Positions 27,101 to 36,824 are shown, counted from the first letter of the stretch. The stretch is DNA of 64,000 nt from Phycisphaerales bacterium (GCA_041742635.1 JBGSIF010000175.1:52-64051); one strand, 5' to 3'. Notes: a model not told the origin generated them from the letters alone. Translations and numbers: made by a program.

Positions 27101-27401
27101 CGCGCCGTTCACGCCGCACATCGCGGAGGAACTGTGGCGGAAACTGGGCAACACGGAGCCGATCGCGTATGCGTCGTGGCCGGTGGCAGACCCGGCGATG
27201 ATCGCGGAAGAGACCGTGGAGATCGCGGTGCAGATCGCAGGGAAAGTGCGCGCGAAACTCAACGTACCGGCGGGTATGGACGAAAAGACGCTGGAAGCCG
27301 CCGCGATGGCAGACGAAAAAATAAAGGCGATGCTGGAAGGCAAGACGGTGAAGAAGGTAATCGTCGTGAAAGGGAAACTGGTGAACATAGTGGCCGTGTG
27401 A
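24138..27401 (+). CDS. leuS: leucine--tRNA ligase (enlarged, 1087 aa)
   Basis: HIGH motif (LHVGHPEGY), KMSKS (KMSKSLKN), editing-domain AHDERDFEFA, YRLRDWTFSRQRYWGEPFP. Confidence 0.95.
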   Translation: MSIPIEPPSTPSTTPHSTTEQPRFRYTAALADDIETRWQQEWDQRQTFRQPNPGETGFDGTKPKFYCLDMFPYPSGAGLHVGHPEGYTATDILCRYKRMQGFNVLHPMGWDAFGLPAEQYAIQTGIHPAITTRTAIDNFRRQLKRFGFSYDWSREFGTIDPTYYKWTQWIFLQLYGAWMCEEGIEGSRDRGIEGRARPISELLAKLERGEIAAQVNPKAAEVKPLSPAPTSWAAATAEERRTIIDSYRLAYLGEQTVNWCPRLGTVLANDEVIDGRSERGGHPVLRKPLKQWTFRITAYAERLLGGLKKLDWPESTKAMQSEWIGRSEGAEIEFELEGEKASIRVFTTRPDTVFGATYMGVAPEHPLVSRIIASPAAETCVPALRAYVDRTKSRSDIERMESKEKTGVFTGVYAINPATRQRIPVWVADYVLMGYGHGAIMAVPAHDERDFEFAVKFGLPIRDVVYPRVQLAMAHFAKYAPAEVRTNERWTGVLADFLGWITSNNAGAERFGEGLGVVTSRRHPPMGGTAVQIHSAEAPPIERPGSIGERRGVSSIQWLDAIAEMKFAGIDDFTARFQHGRLFVTLGEAFVGAGNEGTLVNSANDEVSLDGLHVDAAKTTIVDWLDRTKVGNKRVNYRLRDWTFSRQRYWGEPFPIVFDAHGNHYPVSDSALPVVLPELADYAPVESEDPMPLLAKATMWMNTTAGAAGVSSALLAPEAPVRRESNTMPGSAGSSWYAIRYCDPKNDGRFVSKTADRYWMGDGYAGVDQYMGGSEHAVGHLLYSRFWHMVLHDLGHVSTMEPFERLFHQGLITSFAYQRKDKTLVATDLVEETGEGKFVERATGQPVTQIVAKMSKSLKNVVNPDDIINEFGADTFRLYEMYMGPLEATKPWNTRDIVGLQRFLQRLWRVTVNEQTGELKIATAGSETVERQMHKAIAKVGPDIERMAFNTGIAALIEFVNVATKEAGESAGSASLTRDQIDRLARIIAPFTPHIAEELWRKLGNTEPIAYASWPVADPAMIAEETVEIAVQIAGKVRAKLNVPAGMDEKTLEAAAMADEKIKAMLEGKTVKKVIVVKGKLVNIVAV
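24684..24715 (+). repeat. four perfect tandem GGGATCGA octamers inside leuS
   Basis: Read directly. Translated in-frame as part of EEGIEGSRDRGIEGRARP. Confidence 0.9.
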
Positions 27402-27515
27402 GAGGGGTACCGGATCGGTCGGCATGGTGGAGTGAATGACTCGCACGAGCATGTACCGGCATCGCGTACTCCGTACAATCCGTCAGCAGGATCATCACCA
27501 ACAAGGAAACGCCGT

Positions 27516-28046
27516 ATGCCACGCATTACTCCAATCGAAGCGACGTCCGCCACGGGCCGTGTGAAAGAGATTTACGAAGGCCCGCTGAAGGGCAAGACGT
27601 TCAACATCTTCCGGTCGATGGCGGCGTCGCCGGCCGCGCTTGATATGTACCTCGCCATGTCCGGCTCACTGCACAAAGGGTCACTGAGCGCGAAAGAGAT
27701 CGAGGCGATCCAGCTCACCGTCGGTGAACAGAACAAGTGCGAGTACTGCGTGAGCGCACACACGGCGATCGGGAAAATGTCGGGGCTGACCGAAGCCCAG
27801 ACGATCGAGGCTCGGCGTGGTGCAATGAGCGACGCCAAACTGGGTGCGTTGGTCAAGTTCGCGCTCGCTCTGCACGACAAGCGAGGGCTGGTGAGCGACG
27901 GGGATATCGCGTCGCTGCGAGCGGCAGGGTACGGGGACGCCGCGCTGGCTGATATCGTCGCGTGCTATACGCTCGCGGTGTATACGAACTATTTCAATCA
28001 TGTGAACCAGACGGTGTCGGACTTCCCGCCAGTTGTGAAGGTGTGA
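27516..28046 (+). CDS. carboxymuconolactone decarboxylase / AhpD-like family protein
   Basis: CEYCVSAH (CxxC AhpD-core motif). ATG 27516 is preceded by AAGGAAAC. Confidence 0.75.
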   Translation: MPRITPIEATSATGRVKEIYEGPLKGKTFNIFRSMAASPAALDMYLAMSGSLHKGSLSAKEIEAIQLTVGEQNKCEYCVSAHTAIGKMSGLTEAQTIEARRGAMSDAKLGALVKFALALHDKRGLVSDGDIASLRAAGYGDAALADIVACYTLAVYTNYFNHVNQTVSDFPPVVKV

Positions 28047-28069
28047 AGCACTGCTTCGCAGGCGTGCGG

Positions 28070-28951
28070 CTACCACTCGCCGCGCAGGATCTGCTGGATG
28101 GCATGAGCGACGCCGTCGTCGTCGTTGCCGAGCGTGTGCTTGTGCGCGGCGGCTTTGGCTTCGTCGATCGCATTACCCATGGCGACGGAAAGAGCGGCCT
28201 GCTCGAGCATCGCTATGTCGTTGATGTCGTTGCCGATGGCGGCGACGCCCGAGATCGGCAGCCCGCGGCTGGCGGCGAGCCATTCGATCGCCGTCCACTT
28301 GTTCGCGGCTTTGTCGAAACACTCCAGGATGAGGGTTTTGCCTTCTGGATCGTCGTACTCGGGGCGCGGGACAACAGCGTGGAAGTGCTGGAACATGACC
28401 TCGGAGGCGAAGGATTCGCGTACGAGGGCGGCGACGCCGTCGGTCCGACGTTTGGGGCCGCAAACACCGACGCGTACCGTGTGAGACAGGTGCTCGTCGT
28501 GGTCGAGCGATGTCACGTAGCGCACCGGAACGTTCATCTTCTGGAACCACCACCGGGTGACAGGGTCAATGCCGGCATCGCCGGTGGGACTCACAACCAG
28601 GTAGTCATGGGCGGCGTGCGAAGGGTCTTTCAGCACAAGCACGGCGTGCCCCTGCGACGCGAGCGCGTTCACCAGTCGGCGGACCAGGTCGTGGTGCATC
28701 GGGAATCGATGGAGCGTGCGCCGGGTCGTCGGACACGCGACCATCGAGCCGCCCGCGACGACGATCGGCTCGGCCTGGCCGATCTGGTCCGTGATGTGCT
28801 TGCATTCGACTAGCCCCCGCCCGGTGCAGATGGTGACGAACAGCCCATGTCCGCGTGCGTCGGCGATCGCCTCGCGGTTGGCGGCGGAGACCTGCCCCCG
28901 AGAACACAACAGCGTCCCATCGAGGTCGATGGCGAGCATCGAGTACTTCAT
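28070..28951 (-). CDS. Cof-type HAD-IIB phosphatase
   Basis: LAIDLDGTLL (motif I), GNDINDIAML (motif IV). Start at ATG 28951. Confidence 0.8.
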   Translation of the reverse strand: MKYSMLAIDLDGTLLCSRGQVSAANREAIADARGHGLFVTICTGRGLVECKHITDQIGQAEPIVVAGGSMVACPTTRRTLHRFPMHHDLVRRLVNALASQGHAVLVLKDPSHAAHDYLVVSPTGDAGIDPVTRWWFQKMNVPVRYVTSLDHDEHLSHTVRVGVCGPKRRTDGVAALVRESFASEVMFQHFHAVVPRPEYDDPEGKTLILECFDKAANKWTAIEWLAASRGLPISGVAAIGNDINDIAMLEQAALSVAMGNAIDEAKAAAHKHTLGNDDDGVAHAIQQILRGEW

Positions 28952-29127
28952 CGTTGAGTGCATCAGGCTCGATCCTAGGTGGGCGGCTCGCCGACGGACG
29001 AAGGATGGCACAGAAGACAAAAGCCCGCGGAAGATCTCCGCGGGCCTTGCACAAATGTCGTTGCGACTCGGATAGAAACATGTAGTCTGGAGCGTCTTGG
29101 GCCAGACGGTGATTGGCGTGATACGTA

Positions 29128-29505
29128 TCAGGCCGCATTTTTCTGCTGTGCCCGCGTGTGCTTCTCGGCGATCAGCACGAGATCGTCAAAGACCTTGGGA
29201 TCTTCGATAGCAATCTGGCTCAGCATCTTGCGGTTCAGGAGGATACCGGCCATTTTGAGGCCGTTGATGAACCGGCTGTAGCGGGTGCCGCGCATCTGGC
29301 AGGCGGCGGTAATGCGGGTAATCCATAGCGCACGCATGTCCCGCTTGAGGGTCCGACGGTCGCGGTACGCATAGCACCCGGCGCGGACCATCGCATAGAA
29401 CGCGCGGTACGGCGACAGACGATTGGAACCGAAATACCCGCGAGTAGCCCTGCGGATCCGCTTACGGGCCTGGGTCCGAGCGGCCCCCTTGGTTGTACGA
29501 GGCAT
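29128..29505 (-). CDS. rplT: 50S ribosomal protein L20
   Basis: MPRTTKGAARTQARKRI...YRDRR..KRDMRALWITRI.AA. Confidence 0.95.
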   Translation of the reverse strand: MPRTTKGAARTQARKRIRRATRGYFGSNRLSPYRAFYAMVRAGCYAYRDRRTLKRDMRALWITRITAACQMRGTRYSRFINGLKMAGILLNRKMLSQIAIEDPKVFDDLVLIAEKHTRAQQKNAA

Positions 29506-29665
29506 GAATCTATCTCCAAACTACGGTGCCCGAACGGGGCGGGCCGAACTCTTCGGCGCGCTTCATGCCCGGCGGACGAGACTTTTCGAATACCTGAACA
29601 CTCCACGATGGCGGTGGAGACATCCCCCGAACGGAGCCGCCCCGACACCTTCATCGTGAAGCGTA

Positions 29666-29962
29666 CTAATCGTTACGAGCGGCCTTGGCGGCTTCCTTCG
29701 CGGCTTTCCGCTGCGCGGGGTTCGGGCTGCGCTTCAGCGTCGCCCGGGCCTGATCACGCCCACGGAGCCGGCGATACAGAAGTCGCTCGAGCCGCTTGGC
29801 CTCGGGGTTCGACAGGAACTTGTCTTTGCGCAGCCGGCGGAGCCGGTCCGAACTCTTGCTGGAGCGAAGGTGCTTTCCGAACGCGCAGTTGTGTCGCACC
29901 AAGCCGGTCTTGGTGATCTTCATGCGCTTCAGGATGCCCTTGTGACTTTTGTTCTTCGGCAT
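29666..29962 (-). CDS. rpmI: 50S ribosomal protein L35 (with basic C-terminal extension)
   Basis: MPKNKSHKGILKRMKITKTGLVRH...HL is the L35 signature. Start at ATG 29962. Confidence 0.85.
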   Translation of the reverse strand: MPKNKSHKGILKRMKITKTGLVRHNCAFGKHLRSSKSSDRLRRLRKDKFLSNPEAKRLERLLYRRLRGRDQARATLKRSPNPAQRKAAKEAAKAARND

Positions 29963-30228
29963 AGTGAAACTCCGACCCTCTCCCCCCCACTCTTTCGGCT
30001 GACCGTATGGCCCGATCGTCCCAATCCACAGCGTATGCGCTAACGAGCGTAAACAAACCAACCCCGACCGACGACCGAAGTACGGCCTGAACGTTAGGCG
30101 GGGCTAGGGCCAGTTGCAAGTGATGACGGGGCGATAGATCCGCCTTCGACACAGGTTCTTTGCGGCATATTCGCACAATGTTTGGCGTCGTTCGCTGCTA
30201 CGACTCACCGCTCGAAGTATCTGTGCCG

Positions 30229-30669
30229 ATGCGTCTATGCTCCATAATGACATCATCGGATCACAACACCCCGCAGACTTCCGACCGCCGGCTCGCACTT
30301 CGTGTCGTCACACTGCCGAAAGATACGAACCAATACGGGACCATCTTCGGGGGCGTCATTCTGAGTTACATCGATCAAGCCGGGTTCGTGGAAGCGAGGC
30401 GGCACGGGGTGCATCGGTGGGTGACGGTCGCGGTAGATCGGGTGGAGTTCAAACAGCCGGTACACCTGGGAGACGTAGTCTGTTTTTATGCGCACACAGT
30501 GCGTGCGGGGACGAGTTCGGTGACAGTGCGTGTGGAAGTGGACGCCGAGCGATACCTGACGGGCGAGGTCGTGCCAGTGACGGAAGCGAGCGTGACGCTG
30601 GTGTCCGTGGATGCTACGGGGAAACCGATCCCGTTCAAATCGGCACCGACGGCAGGAGATCGTGCGTGA
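30229..30669 (+). CDS. hotdog-fold acyl-CoA thioesterase (YciA-like)
   Basis: LPKDTNQYGTIFGGVILSYIDQAG...V.F..PV..GD. The start is 30229 or 30247. Confidence 0.75.
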   Translation: MRLCSIMTSSDHNTPQTSDRRLALRVVTLPKDTNQYGTIFGGVILSYIDQAGFVEARRHGVHRWVTVAVDRVEFKQPVHLGDVVCFYAHTVRAGTSSVTVRVEVDAERYLTGEVVPVTEASVTLVSVDATGKPIPFKSAPTAGDRA

Positions 30670-30708
30670 GCTCCGGTCGCTCGACAATGCGGCCGTAGCA
30701 ACGGAGCG

Positions 30709-31791
30709 TCAGGCAGTAAGAGTGAGCCGATCGGCGCGGATGCCGTGGCGTAGTGGGTCGTTTGGATCGAGGATAAGGGTGGCATCGGCGGTGATGTGGG
30801 CGTCGCCGGTGATGACGGGGATGATGCCGCCGCGGACGCCCGTGTGAGGGATGACACGGCCCGAGAAGGCGGTGCCGATGATACTTTCTTGACGCCACAT
30901 GGAGCCGGGAAGGATCTTGCCGTCGGCGAAGAGGCAGGCAAGTTTGGCGCTTGTGCCGGTGCCGCAGGGCGAACGGTCGTACGCCTTACCCGGGCAGAGC
31001 ACGAAGTTTTTACTATGGCAGTCGGCGCGGGCAGGAGGGCCGAAGAGTTCGATGTGATCGATATCACCGTTGGCGCTGCCGAGGGCTGGGTCACCGGTGA
31101 TGCTGGCACGCTGGAGCGCCAGTCTGATGCGCCACGCAAGGTCGGTGAGGGACTCGATATTCCATCGTGATAGTTCGGCGGCGTGGTCATCAACCAGAAA
31201 AAACCAGTTGCCGCCCCAGGCGATGTCGCCGTGGAGAACACGGCCGTCATCGAGCGTCACGGGCACGCGGGCGCGGTATCGGTAACTCGGCACGTTGGCG
31301 ACCGTGACGCGGTTGGGGTTCCAATGCATCTGCGTGGCCCGGCTCTCCGAGCCGGCTCTTTGGGTGGTCCGGCTGCACCCATCGGACTTGTTCGATGGAT
31401 GGTCTTGCTCATCACCCAGCGTGATGGTGACATCACCAACGGGAGTTTCGATCAGGTGCGACCCCGGCCCGATTCGCTCCAAGTGGGCGAGGGTGGCACC
31501 CAGGCCGATGGTGCCGTGGACGCACATGTTGAGGTAGCCGACGTTGTTGAAAAAGATCACGCCGGTGACGGCGGCCGGGCTAACCGGGGGCACAAGCACC
31601 GCACCGACCATCGCATCGCACCCGCGAGGCTCGTTGCAGACGGCACTGCGAACATGATCGAACGAATCGCGGAAGCGGCGGAGGCGATCGGCAAGAGGGC
31701 CGGTACCGAGGTCCGGACCACCTTCGATGACGATGCGCGTAGGCTCGCCCTCGGTGTGCGAATCGATAACGCGGATAGGTCCGTGCGGCAT
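30709..31791 (-). CDS. proline racemase family protein (4-hydroxyproline 2-epimerase-like)
   Basis: IDSHTEGEPTRIV, a first catalytic Cys in NMCVHGTIG, and a second in DRSPCGTGTSAKLA. Confidence 0.8.
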   Translation of the reverse strand: MPHGPIRVIDSHTEGEPTRIVIEGGPDLGTGPLADRLRRFRDSFDHVRSAVCNEPRGCDAMVGAVLVPPVSPAAVTGVIFFNNVGYLNMCVHGTIGLGATLAHLERIGPGSHLIETPVGDVTITLGDEQDHPSNKSDGCSRTTQRAGSESRATQMHWNPNRVTVANVPSYRYRARVPVTLDDGRVLHGDIAWGGNWFFLVDDHAAELSRWNIESLTDLAWRIRLALQRASITGDPALGSANGDIDHIELFGPPARADCHSKNFVLCPGKAYDRSPCGTGTSAKLACLFADGKILPGSMWRQESIIGTAFSGRVIPHTGVRGGIIPVITGDAHITADATLILDPNDPLRHGIRADRLTLTA

Positions 31792-31926
31792 CGCTGAACA
31801 TAGGCCCGCGAACGGGGGGAATGCTTGCAGGGTCCGATTGAGACGGGTTGCTGATATCGTTTTGCGCGACTCCCGTGCCGTACACTAGCGAACGAATCAG
31901 CATGCGCTCTACCGGAGCAGAATCCC

Positions 31927-34900
31927 ATGGCGATTTTCGGTCGCAAGCCCAAACCAACGTCCGCAACCACCTCGTCGGCACCGCGCCCGGAGACACACGC
32001 CGCACCCGTCGTCCTGCACGCCGGTATGAGCCACGAAGGCTCAGCGGGGAGTGCCAACGAGCCTCGCATCCTGGCGCTGGGGACCGAGATGCTCGCGCTG
32101 GCACGCAATCACAAATCGGGCGTTCTGAGCGCGAGGTTTTATTCCGACGCGCTGATGAACTGGTCGATGAAGGATCCGAACTTCAAGGTGCAGTTGTTCC
32201 GATTTGTCGATGCGTTCCCGATGCTGCGATCGTCGGACGATGTGTTCGACCATTTGAAGGATTACTTGTCGCAGCCGGGGGTAACGGTGCCGGGACCGAT
32301 CGAACTCGCGCTCAAGGCGGGCGGGATCGCCAAAGGACTGGCCGCGAGCCAAATCAGCAAACAGATTACGGGGATGGCGTCGAAGTTCATCGCCGGGACC
32401 GACGCGAAATCGGCGCTGGGGAACCTCAAGGAACTCTGGGACGACGGGATCGCGTTCAGCGTGGACCTGTTGGGCGAAGCGTGCGTGTCCGACGCCGAGG
32501 CAGACCATTACCGCGACAAATACCTCGACCTGATCACCAACCTGCCGGGGGCAGTGGCGGCGTGGAAGGGCAATGCCCGCCTGGAAACGGACCACCTCGG
32601 CGCCATCCCCCGTACCAATGTTTCGATCAAGGTCTCCTCGCTCTCGGCGCGGTGCGACCCCATCGATCCAGCGGGGTCGATGAAGAATCTGTTGTCGCGT
32701 CTGGGACCGATCCTCGACACGGCGCGCAAGCACGGCGTGTTCGTCAACTTCGACATGGAACAGTTCGCGTTCAAGGACTTCACGCTCGACCTGTTCATGC
32801 GCTGCTGCGAGGAGTACGAGTTTGACGCCGGGCTGGCAATGCAGGCATACCTGAAATCTGGCGAGGCCGACGCCCGACGCATCTGCGAATGGGCAGTCAA
32901 AAAGGGGCGTCAAGTCAGCGTGCGGCTCGTCAAAGGCGCGTACTGGGACTATCAAGTAATCCATGCGGAGCAGATGGGCTGGCCGTGCCCGGTTTGGACG
33001 ACCAAACGCGAGACGGACGCCTGCTTCGAACGGATGGTTGAGATCTTCTTGGATGCGTGTCCGGGTGGAACTGCGCTCCAGAGCGGTTCAGCTCCGAAGA
33101 ACACTTCTCTGGAGAGCCGTGCCACCAAATCCGCTGGTGTCAAACTCGCCCTCGGCTCGCACAACGTTCGCTCGATCGCCGCCGCTCTCGCCGGACTGGA
33201 GCGACGGGGCTTGCCCAAGAACGCGATCGAACTCCAGATGCTGCACGGGATGGCGGACCAACTCAAGTACGCCGCCGCGGAAATGGGGCTGCGCGTGCGC
33301 GAGTACGTACCGGTCGGGGAGATGATCCCCGGGATGGCGTACCTGGTACGCCGACTGCTGGAGAACACAAGCAACGAATCGTGGCTGAAGGCGGGTTTCA
33401 TGGACAACGCCGACCCAAAGGTGCTGCTTGCCAGCCCGCATGGTGGTTGGGGTGGTGCCGCGCTCCAGAGCGGCATGGGTACCGCCGCAACTAACGATGT
33501 TCACATCAGTGCTGGACCAACCGACACCAAGCCCGACCTTGTCACCATCGCCGCCGAGCGGCATCGACTCACGCCGGCGTCCCTGAGCGTGGGCGACGGG
33601 AAGCCGTTCATCAACGAAGCGTTCCGAGATTTTTCGAGCGCGGCGCAGCGTGACGCCTTCGCCGCGGCGATTTCCAGGGCTAGCGTCCCGCATGTGGCCA
33701 ACGACACGACGCCCGCGCAGGCAAGCGAGATGGTCGCGCGAGCGCTCGCCGCCTTCAACGGCGACCGCTCAAAGAAACACACCGGCTGGCGCGACGCCGA
33801 CGCACTGGTCCGGGCGCGGGTACTGACCGTGGCGGCGCAGATGATGCGGCATCGACGCGACGAACTCTCGGCCGTGATGATCAAAGAAGCAGGAAAAACA
33901 TGGCGCGAAGCGGACGCCGATACCTGCGAAGCGATCGACTTCTGCGAGTATTACGCCCGGCTCGCGCCGCGCCTGTTTGAACCGCAGCGCCTCGGGCGGT
34001 TCATCGGCGAACTCGACGAAACCTGGTACCAACCCCGCGGCGTCGCCGTCGTGATCGCGCCGTGGAACTTCCCGCTGGCGATCCTGTGCGGGATGACGGC
34101 GGGCGCACTGGTGACGGGTAACACTGTGATCATGAAGCCCGCGGAACAGACGCCGGGCATCGCCAAACTGCTCTTCGGGATCTTGGACGATGCGCTGTCG
34201 GAAGTGGACAGCGGAGACGACGTACTGCAGTTCTGCCCCGCGCCGGGAGAAACAACCGGCGCTGCGCTCGTCCGCGATCCGCGTGTCTCGCTGATCACCT
34301 TCACGGGTTCGCGGGACGTGGGGTGCGACATCCTGAACGCTGCGGCCCCGCCCTCGCCGTTTGCCGGCTCGAGCGGTCGGACGAGCGTGGGATCGCTGTC
34401 GCATCTCAAGCATGTCGTCTGTGAGATGGGTGGTAAGAATGCACTGATCGTCGATACGTCGGCGGACGCCGACGAAGCCGTACTCGCGGTGCGGCAATCG
34501 GCGTTTGGTTTCCAAGGTCAGAAATGCTCGGCCTGCTCTCGCGTCATCGTGGTCGATCCCCAAGGACCGAACGGGCCTGCAATCACTTCCTTCCGCACTC
34601 GCCTCTGCGAAGCGACACGTGCGCTCACCATCGGCGACCCCTCGCACCCCAGCACGGACGTCGGGCCGGTGATTGACAGCGAGGCCGCGGACAAGATCCG
34701 CGGGTTCATCGAGCGCGCCAAGGCTTCGGGGCTGAACTGTCTGTCGCTGGAACTGCCGACATCGAACCCCTTTGTTGCCGCGTCGGCTCGCCGGTTCGTA
34801 GCGCCCCATCTCTTCTGGACCGTGCCAAGGGACCACGAACTGGCCCGAGAAGAAATCTTCGGCCCCGTCCTCGCCCTCCTGCACGCCGGCACGTTCGAGG

Positions 34901-35181
34901 AAGCGATCGACATCGCCAACACATCGGCGTACAAACTCACCGGGGGCGTCTTTAGCCGCAAACCGTCGAACCTCGAACGAGCACGCCGTGAGTTCCGTGT
35001 CGGGAACTTGTACCTAAACCGCGGGATCACCGGCGCGCTCGTGGGGCGCCAGCCGTTCGGCGGGTTCGGGATGTCCGGCGGCGGGACCAAAGCCGGTGGG
35101 CTGGATTACCTGCTGCACTTTGTCGAACCCCGCGCGTGCTGCGAAAACACACTACGACGTGGGTTCGCGCCGGAGTTGTGA
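31927..35181 (+). CDS. putA: bifunctional proline dehydrogenase / L-glutamate-gamma-semialdehyde dehydrogenase
   Basis: An N-terminal PRODH barrel region (YVPVGEMIPGMAYLVRRLLENTSNESW) plus an ALDH domain (VCEMGGKNALIVD, FGFQGQKCSACSR). Confidence 0.85.
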   Translation: MAIFGRKPKPTSATTSSAPRPETHAAPVVLHAGMSHEGSAGSANEPRILALGTEMLALARNHKSGVLSARFYSDALMNWSMKDPNFKVQLFRFVDAFPMLRSSDDVFDHLKDYLSQPGVTVPGPIELALKAGGIAKGLAASQISKQITGMASKFIAGTDAKSALGNLKELWDDGIAFSVDLLGEACVSDAEADHYRDKYLDLITNLPGAVAAWKGNARLETDHLGAIPRTNVSIKVSSLSARCDPIDPAGSMKNLLSRLGPILDTARKHGVFVNFDMEQFAFKDFTLDLFMRCCEEYEFDAGLAMQAYLKSGEADARRICEWAVKKGRQVSVRLVKGAYWDYQVIHAEQMGWPCPVWTTKRETDACFERMVEIFLDACPGGTALQSGSAPKNTSLESRATKSAGVKLALGSHNVRSIAAALAGLERRGLPKNAIELQMLHGMADQLKYAAAEMGLRVREYVPVGEMIPGMAYLVRRLLENTSNESWLKAGFMDNADPKVLLASPHGGWGGAALQSGMGTAATNDVHISAGPTDTKPDLVTIAAERHRLTPASLSVGDGKPFINEAFRDFSSAAQRDAFAAAISRASVPHVANDTTPAQASEMVARALAAFNGDRSKKHTGWRDADALVRARVLTVAAQMMRHRRDELSAVMIKEAGKTWREADADTCEAIDFCEYYARLAPRLFEPQRLGRFIGELDETWYQPRGVAVVIAPWNFPLAILCGMTAGALVTGNTVIMKPAEQTPGIAKLLFGILDDALSEVDSGDDVLQFCPAPGETTGAALVRDPRVSLITFTGSRDVGCDILNAAAPPSPFAGSSGRTSVGSLSHLKHVVCEMGGKNALIVDTSADADEAVLAVRQSAFGFQGQKCSACSRVIVVDPQGPNGPAITSFRTRLCEATRALTIGDPSHPSTDVGPVIDSEAADKIRGFIERAKASGLNCLSLELPTSNPFVAASARRFVAPHLFWTVPRDHELAREEIFGPVLALLHAGTFEEAIDIANTSAYKLTGGVFSRKPSNLERARREFRVGNLYLNRGITGALVGRQPFGGFGMSGGGTKAGGLDYLLHFVEPRACCENTLRRGFAPEL

Positions 35182-35223
35182 CGCGCTGCCCTCGAATACT
35201 CATCGCTGTTCGGAGGATTATCT

Positions 35224-35934
35224 ATGGCAACTTCGTCGTCATTGGTTCGATTGGAACTACTCTGGAAACACGTGCCCGGCGACCTCGCCGGGGCGATCCA
35301 CGCCGCGGGCGAGACCCTTCGATCACTGGATCAAGGCGGGTTCGTGATCGGGGTCGGGGCCGATTTTGCCAATGCCAGTTCCTATGTACACGCGGATCAG
35401 GGGGTGGGCACCGTTTCGATCCATGCTTGGTTCGTCGGCCCCGGTGCATGGAAAGCCGCGCTCATCGAGCATCACACCGGCCCCGACGGCGGCGGCGTCT
35501 TCAGCATCAATGACTTCGGTCTGCGGACCGTAGAACCCAAGATCATCGATCGGACAAAGGGACTACGCCGGCCGGGGTGGACGATTCGCGGCTCGCTCCG
35601 GAACAACCCGGAACTCGTGATCCGCGCGGATGCCGGGCTGATGACCCCCCCGCTCATCAGTGCGGACCATCGGCTCATTCCCCTTTGGAACCTCGGGCTG
35701 ACACACGATACCCGTATCGCGCTGCACACATGGAACGTCCAGGCGCGAGCCGTCGCGTTGCTCGCGCCAGCGTTCGAGGACGAGGGAATCTACCGCAAAT
35801 GGGCCAAGCAACAACTGTATCAAAAACGCTCCGAGTTGGCGCTCGAAGCCAAACGCCTGGCGTCACTCGTCACGAAGGAGTCGGGGTTCACGGTTCGAGT
35901 CGGTCCACTGATTGACCCAATGGGCGGATTCTGA
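35224..35934 (+). CDS. hypothetical protein (236 aa)
   Basis: Clean ATG ORF 42 nt after putA with coding-like composition. No motif recognised. Confidence 0.45.
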   Translation: MATSSSLVRLELLWKHVPGDLAGAIHAAGETLRSLDQGGFVIGVGADFANASSYVHADQGVGTVSIHAWFVGPGAWKAALIEHHTGPDGGGVFSINDFGLRTVEPKIIDRTKGLRRPGWTIRGSLRNNPELVIRADAGLMTPPLISADHRLIPLWNLGLTHDTRIALHTWNVQARAVALLAPAFEDEGIYRKWAKQQLYQKRSELALEAKRLASLVTKESGFTVRVGPLIDPMGGF

Positions 35935-36179
35935 GCAAGCCGCGCTCGACCACGACCCGACACATCGTGATTCGCGTCCTAGAACCGCCTGGACGGTCTG
36001 GAAACTCAAACCCAAGTGTGAGTCCAAGGGGTTTGTTCCTCGCGTGCGGACGCCGTGGTGGCCGCGCCAGCACTGTGGGGGTGCAAACCATGGCGTCTTC
36101 GAAGGCGTGTGGCATAGTTCACTCGTCCCGCACCGATGCGGCACACGAACGAACAACAACGCAAGAAAGGACTCTTCCC

Positions 36180-36824
36180 ATGAGCATCCGCACCCTCATC
36201 GCCGCAGCCCTCTTCATTGGTACCACCGCCGCCGCCGCCGCCTCGGCCCAGACCGGCACCTTCACCATCGATTGGAAAGTGAACGGCGTCGAAGGCGTCT
36301 CCGTCGTCCCCGGTGCCACCGTCCTCGTCACCGGCACCGCCAACTGGACCCCCGCCGGCTTCGGCCTCGGCGGCACCCAGTTCCGCGTCAACCTCGCCAA
36401 CGCGAACATGACCGACACGCTGGTGTACACCGAAGCGATGGGACTGGGCCGCAGCCCCAACCTCCGTCTGACGCCGCAGTCGCTCATGGACTCATCGAAC
36501 ATCACCAGCCGCTCGATCACCGCCGCCGCCAACACGCCCGTTGATGCCGCGCAGGCCCCGCAGTTCATCAACCCCGGCTACAGCACCGCGAACCCGATCC
36601 AGGTCTTCAGTTTCATGTTCACCGCCGGTGCCGCAGGCCGCACGATCAACATCGGGTCTGAAATGCTGGGAGCGACCGTCCTCTCCAACTCGTTCGGCAT
36701 CCCCCTTCCCGTTCAATACCAGCGAGTCTCCGATGGTGCGACGATCGAAGTCGTCCCCACCCCCGGCTCCGTCGCGCTGCTCGGCCTCGGCGGCATGCTC
36801 ACCCTCCGCCGCAAGCGTCGCTAA
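36180..36824 (+). CDS. PEP-CTERM-anchored exported protein
   Basis: Signal peptide MSIRTLIAAALFIGTTAAAAASAQ. C-terminal VPTPGSVALLGLGGMLTLRRKRR (PEP-CTERM-type sorting signal, PTP variant). An AGAAAGGA RBS lies upstream. Confidence 0.75.
   Translation: MSIRTLIAAALFIGTTAAAAASAQTGTFTIDWKVNGVEGVSVVPGATVLVTGTANWTPAGFGLGGTQFRVNLANANMTDTLVYTEAMGLGRSPNLRLTPQSLMDSSNITSRSITAAANTPVDAAQAPQFINPGYSTANPIQVFSFMFTAGAAGRTINIGSEMLGATVLSNSFGIPLPVQYQRVSDGATIEVVPTPGSVALLGLGGMLTLRRKRR

Noticed and set aside
29506-29665. The 160-nt spacer between rpmI and rplT, with no infC upstream, as a possible L20 autoregulatory leader.
   Set aside because: It contains small hairpins (GCCGAA-GAG-TTCGGC and GCCC-CGTTC-GGGC), but I cannot recognise the known L20-binding mimic from sequence alone. 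The gene order may simply be lineage-typical.
31340-31354. Treating the exact 15-nt match between 31340-31354 and 12233-12247 as proof of a shared mobile repeat.
   Set aside because: By rough estimate, a 64-kb window at about two-thirds G+C searched on both strands should contain on the order of ten or more chance 15-mer matches. The match is kept only as a weak supporting observation in one finding.
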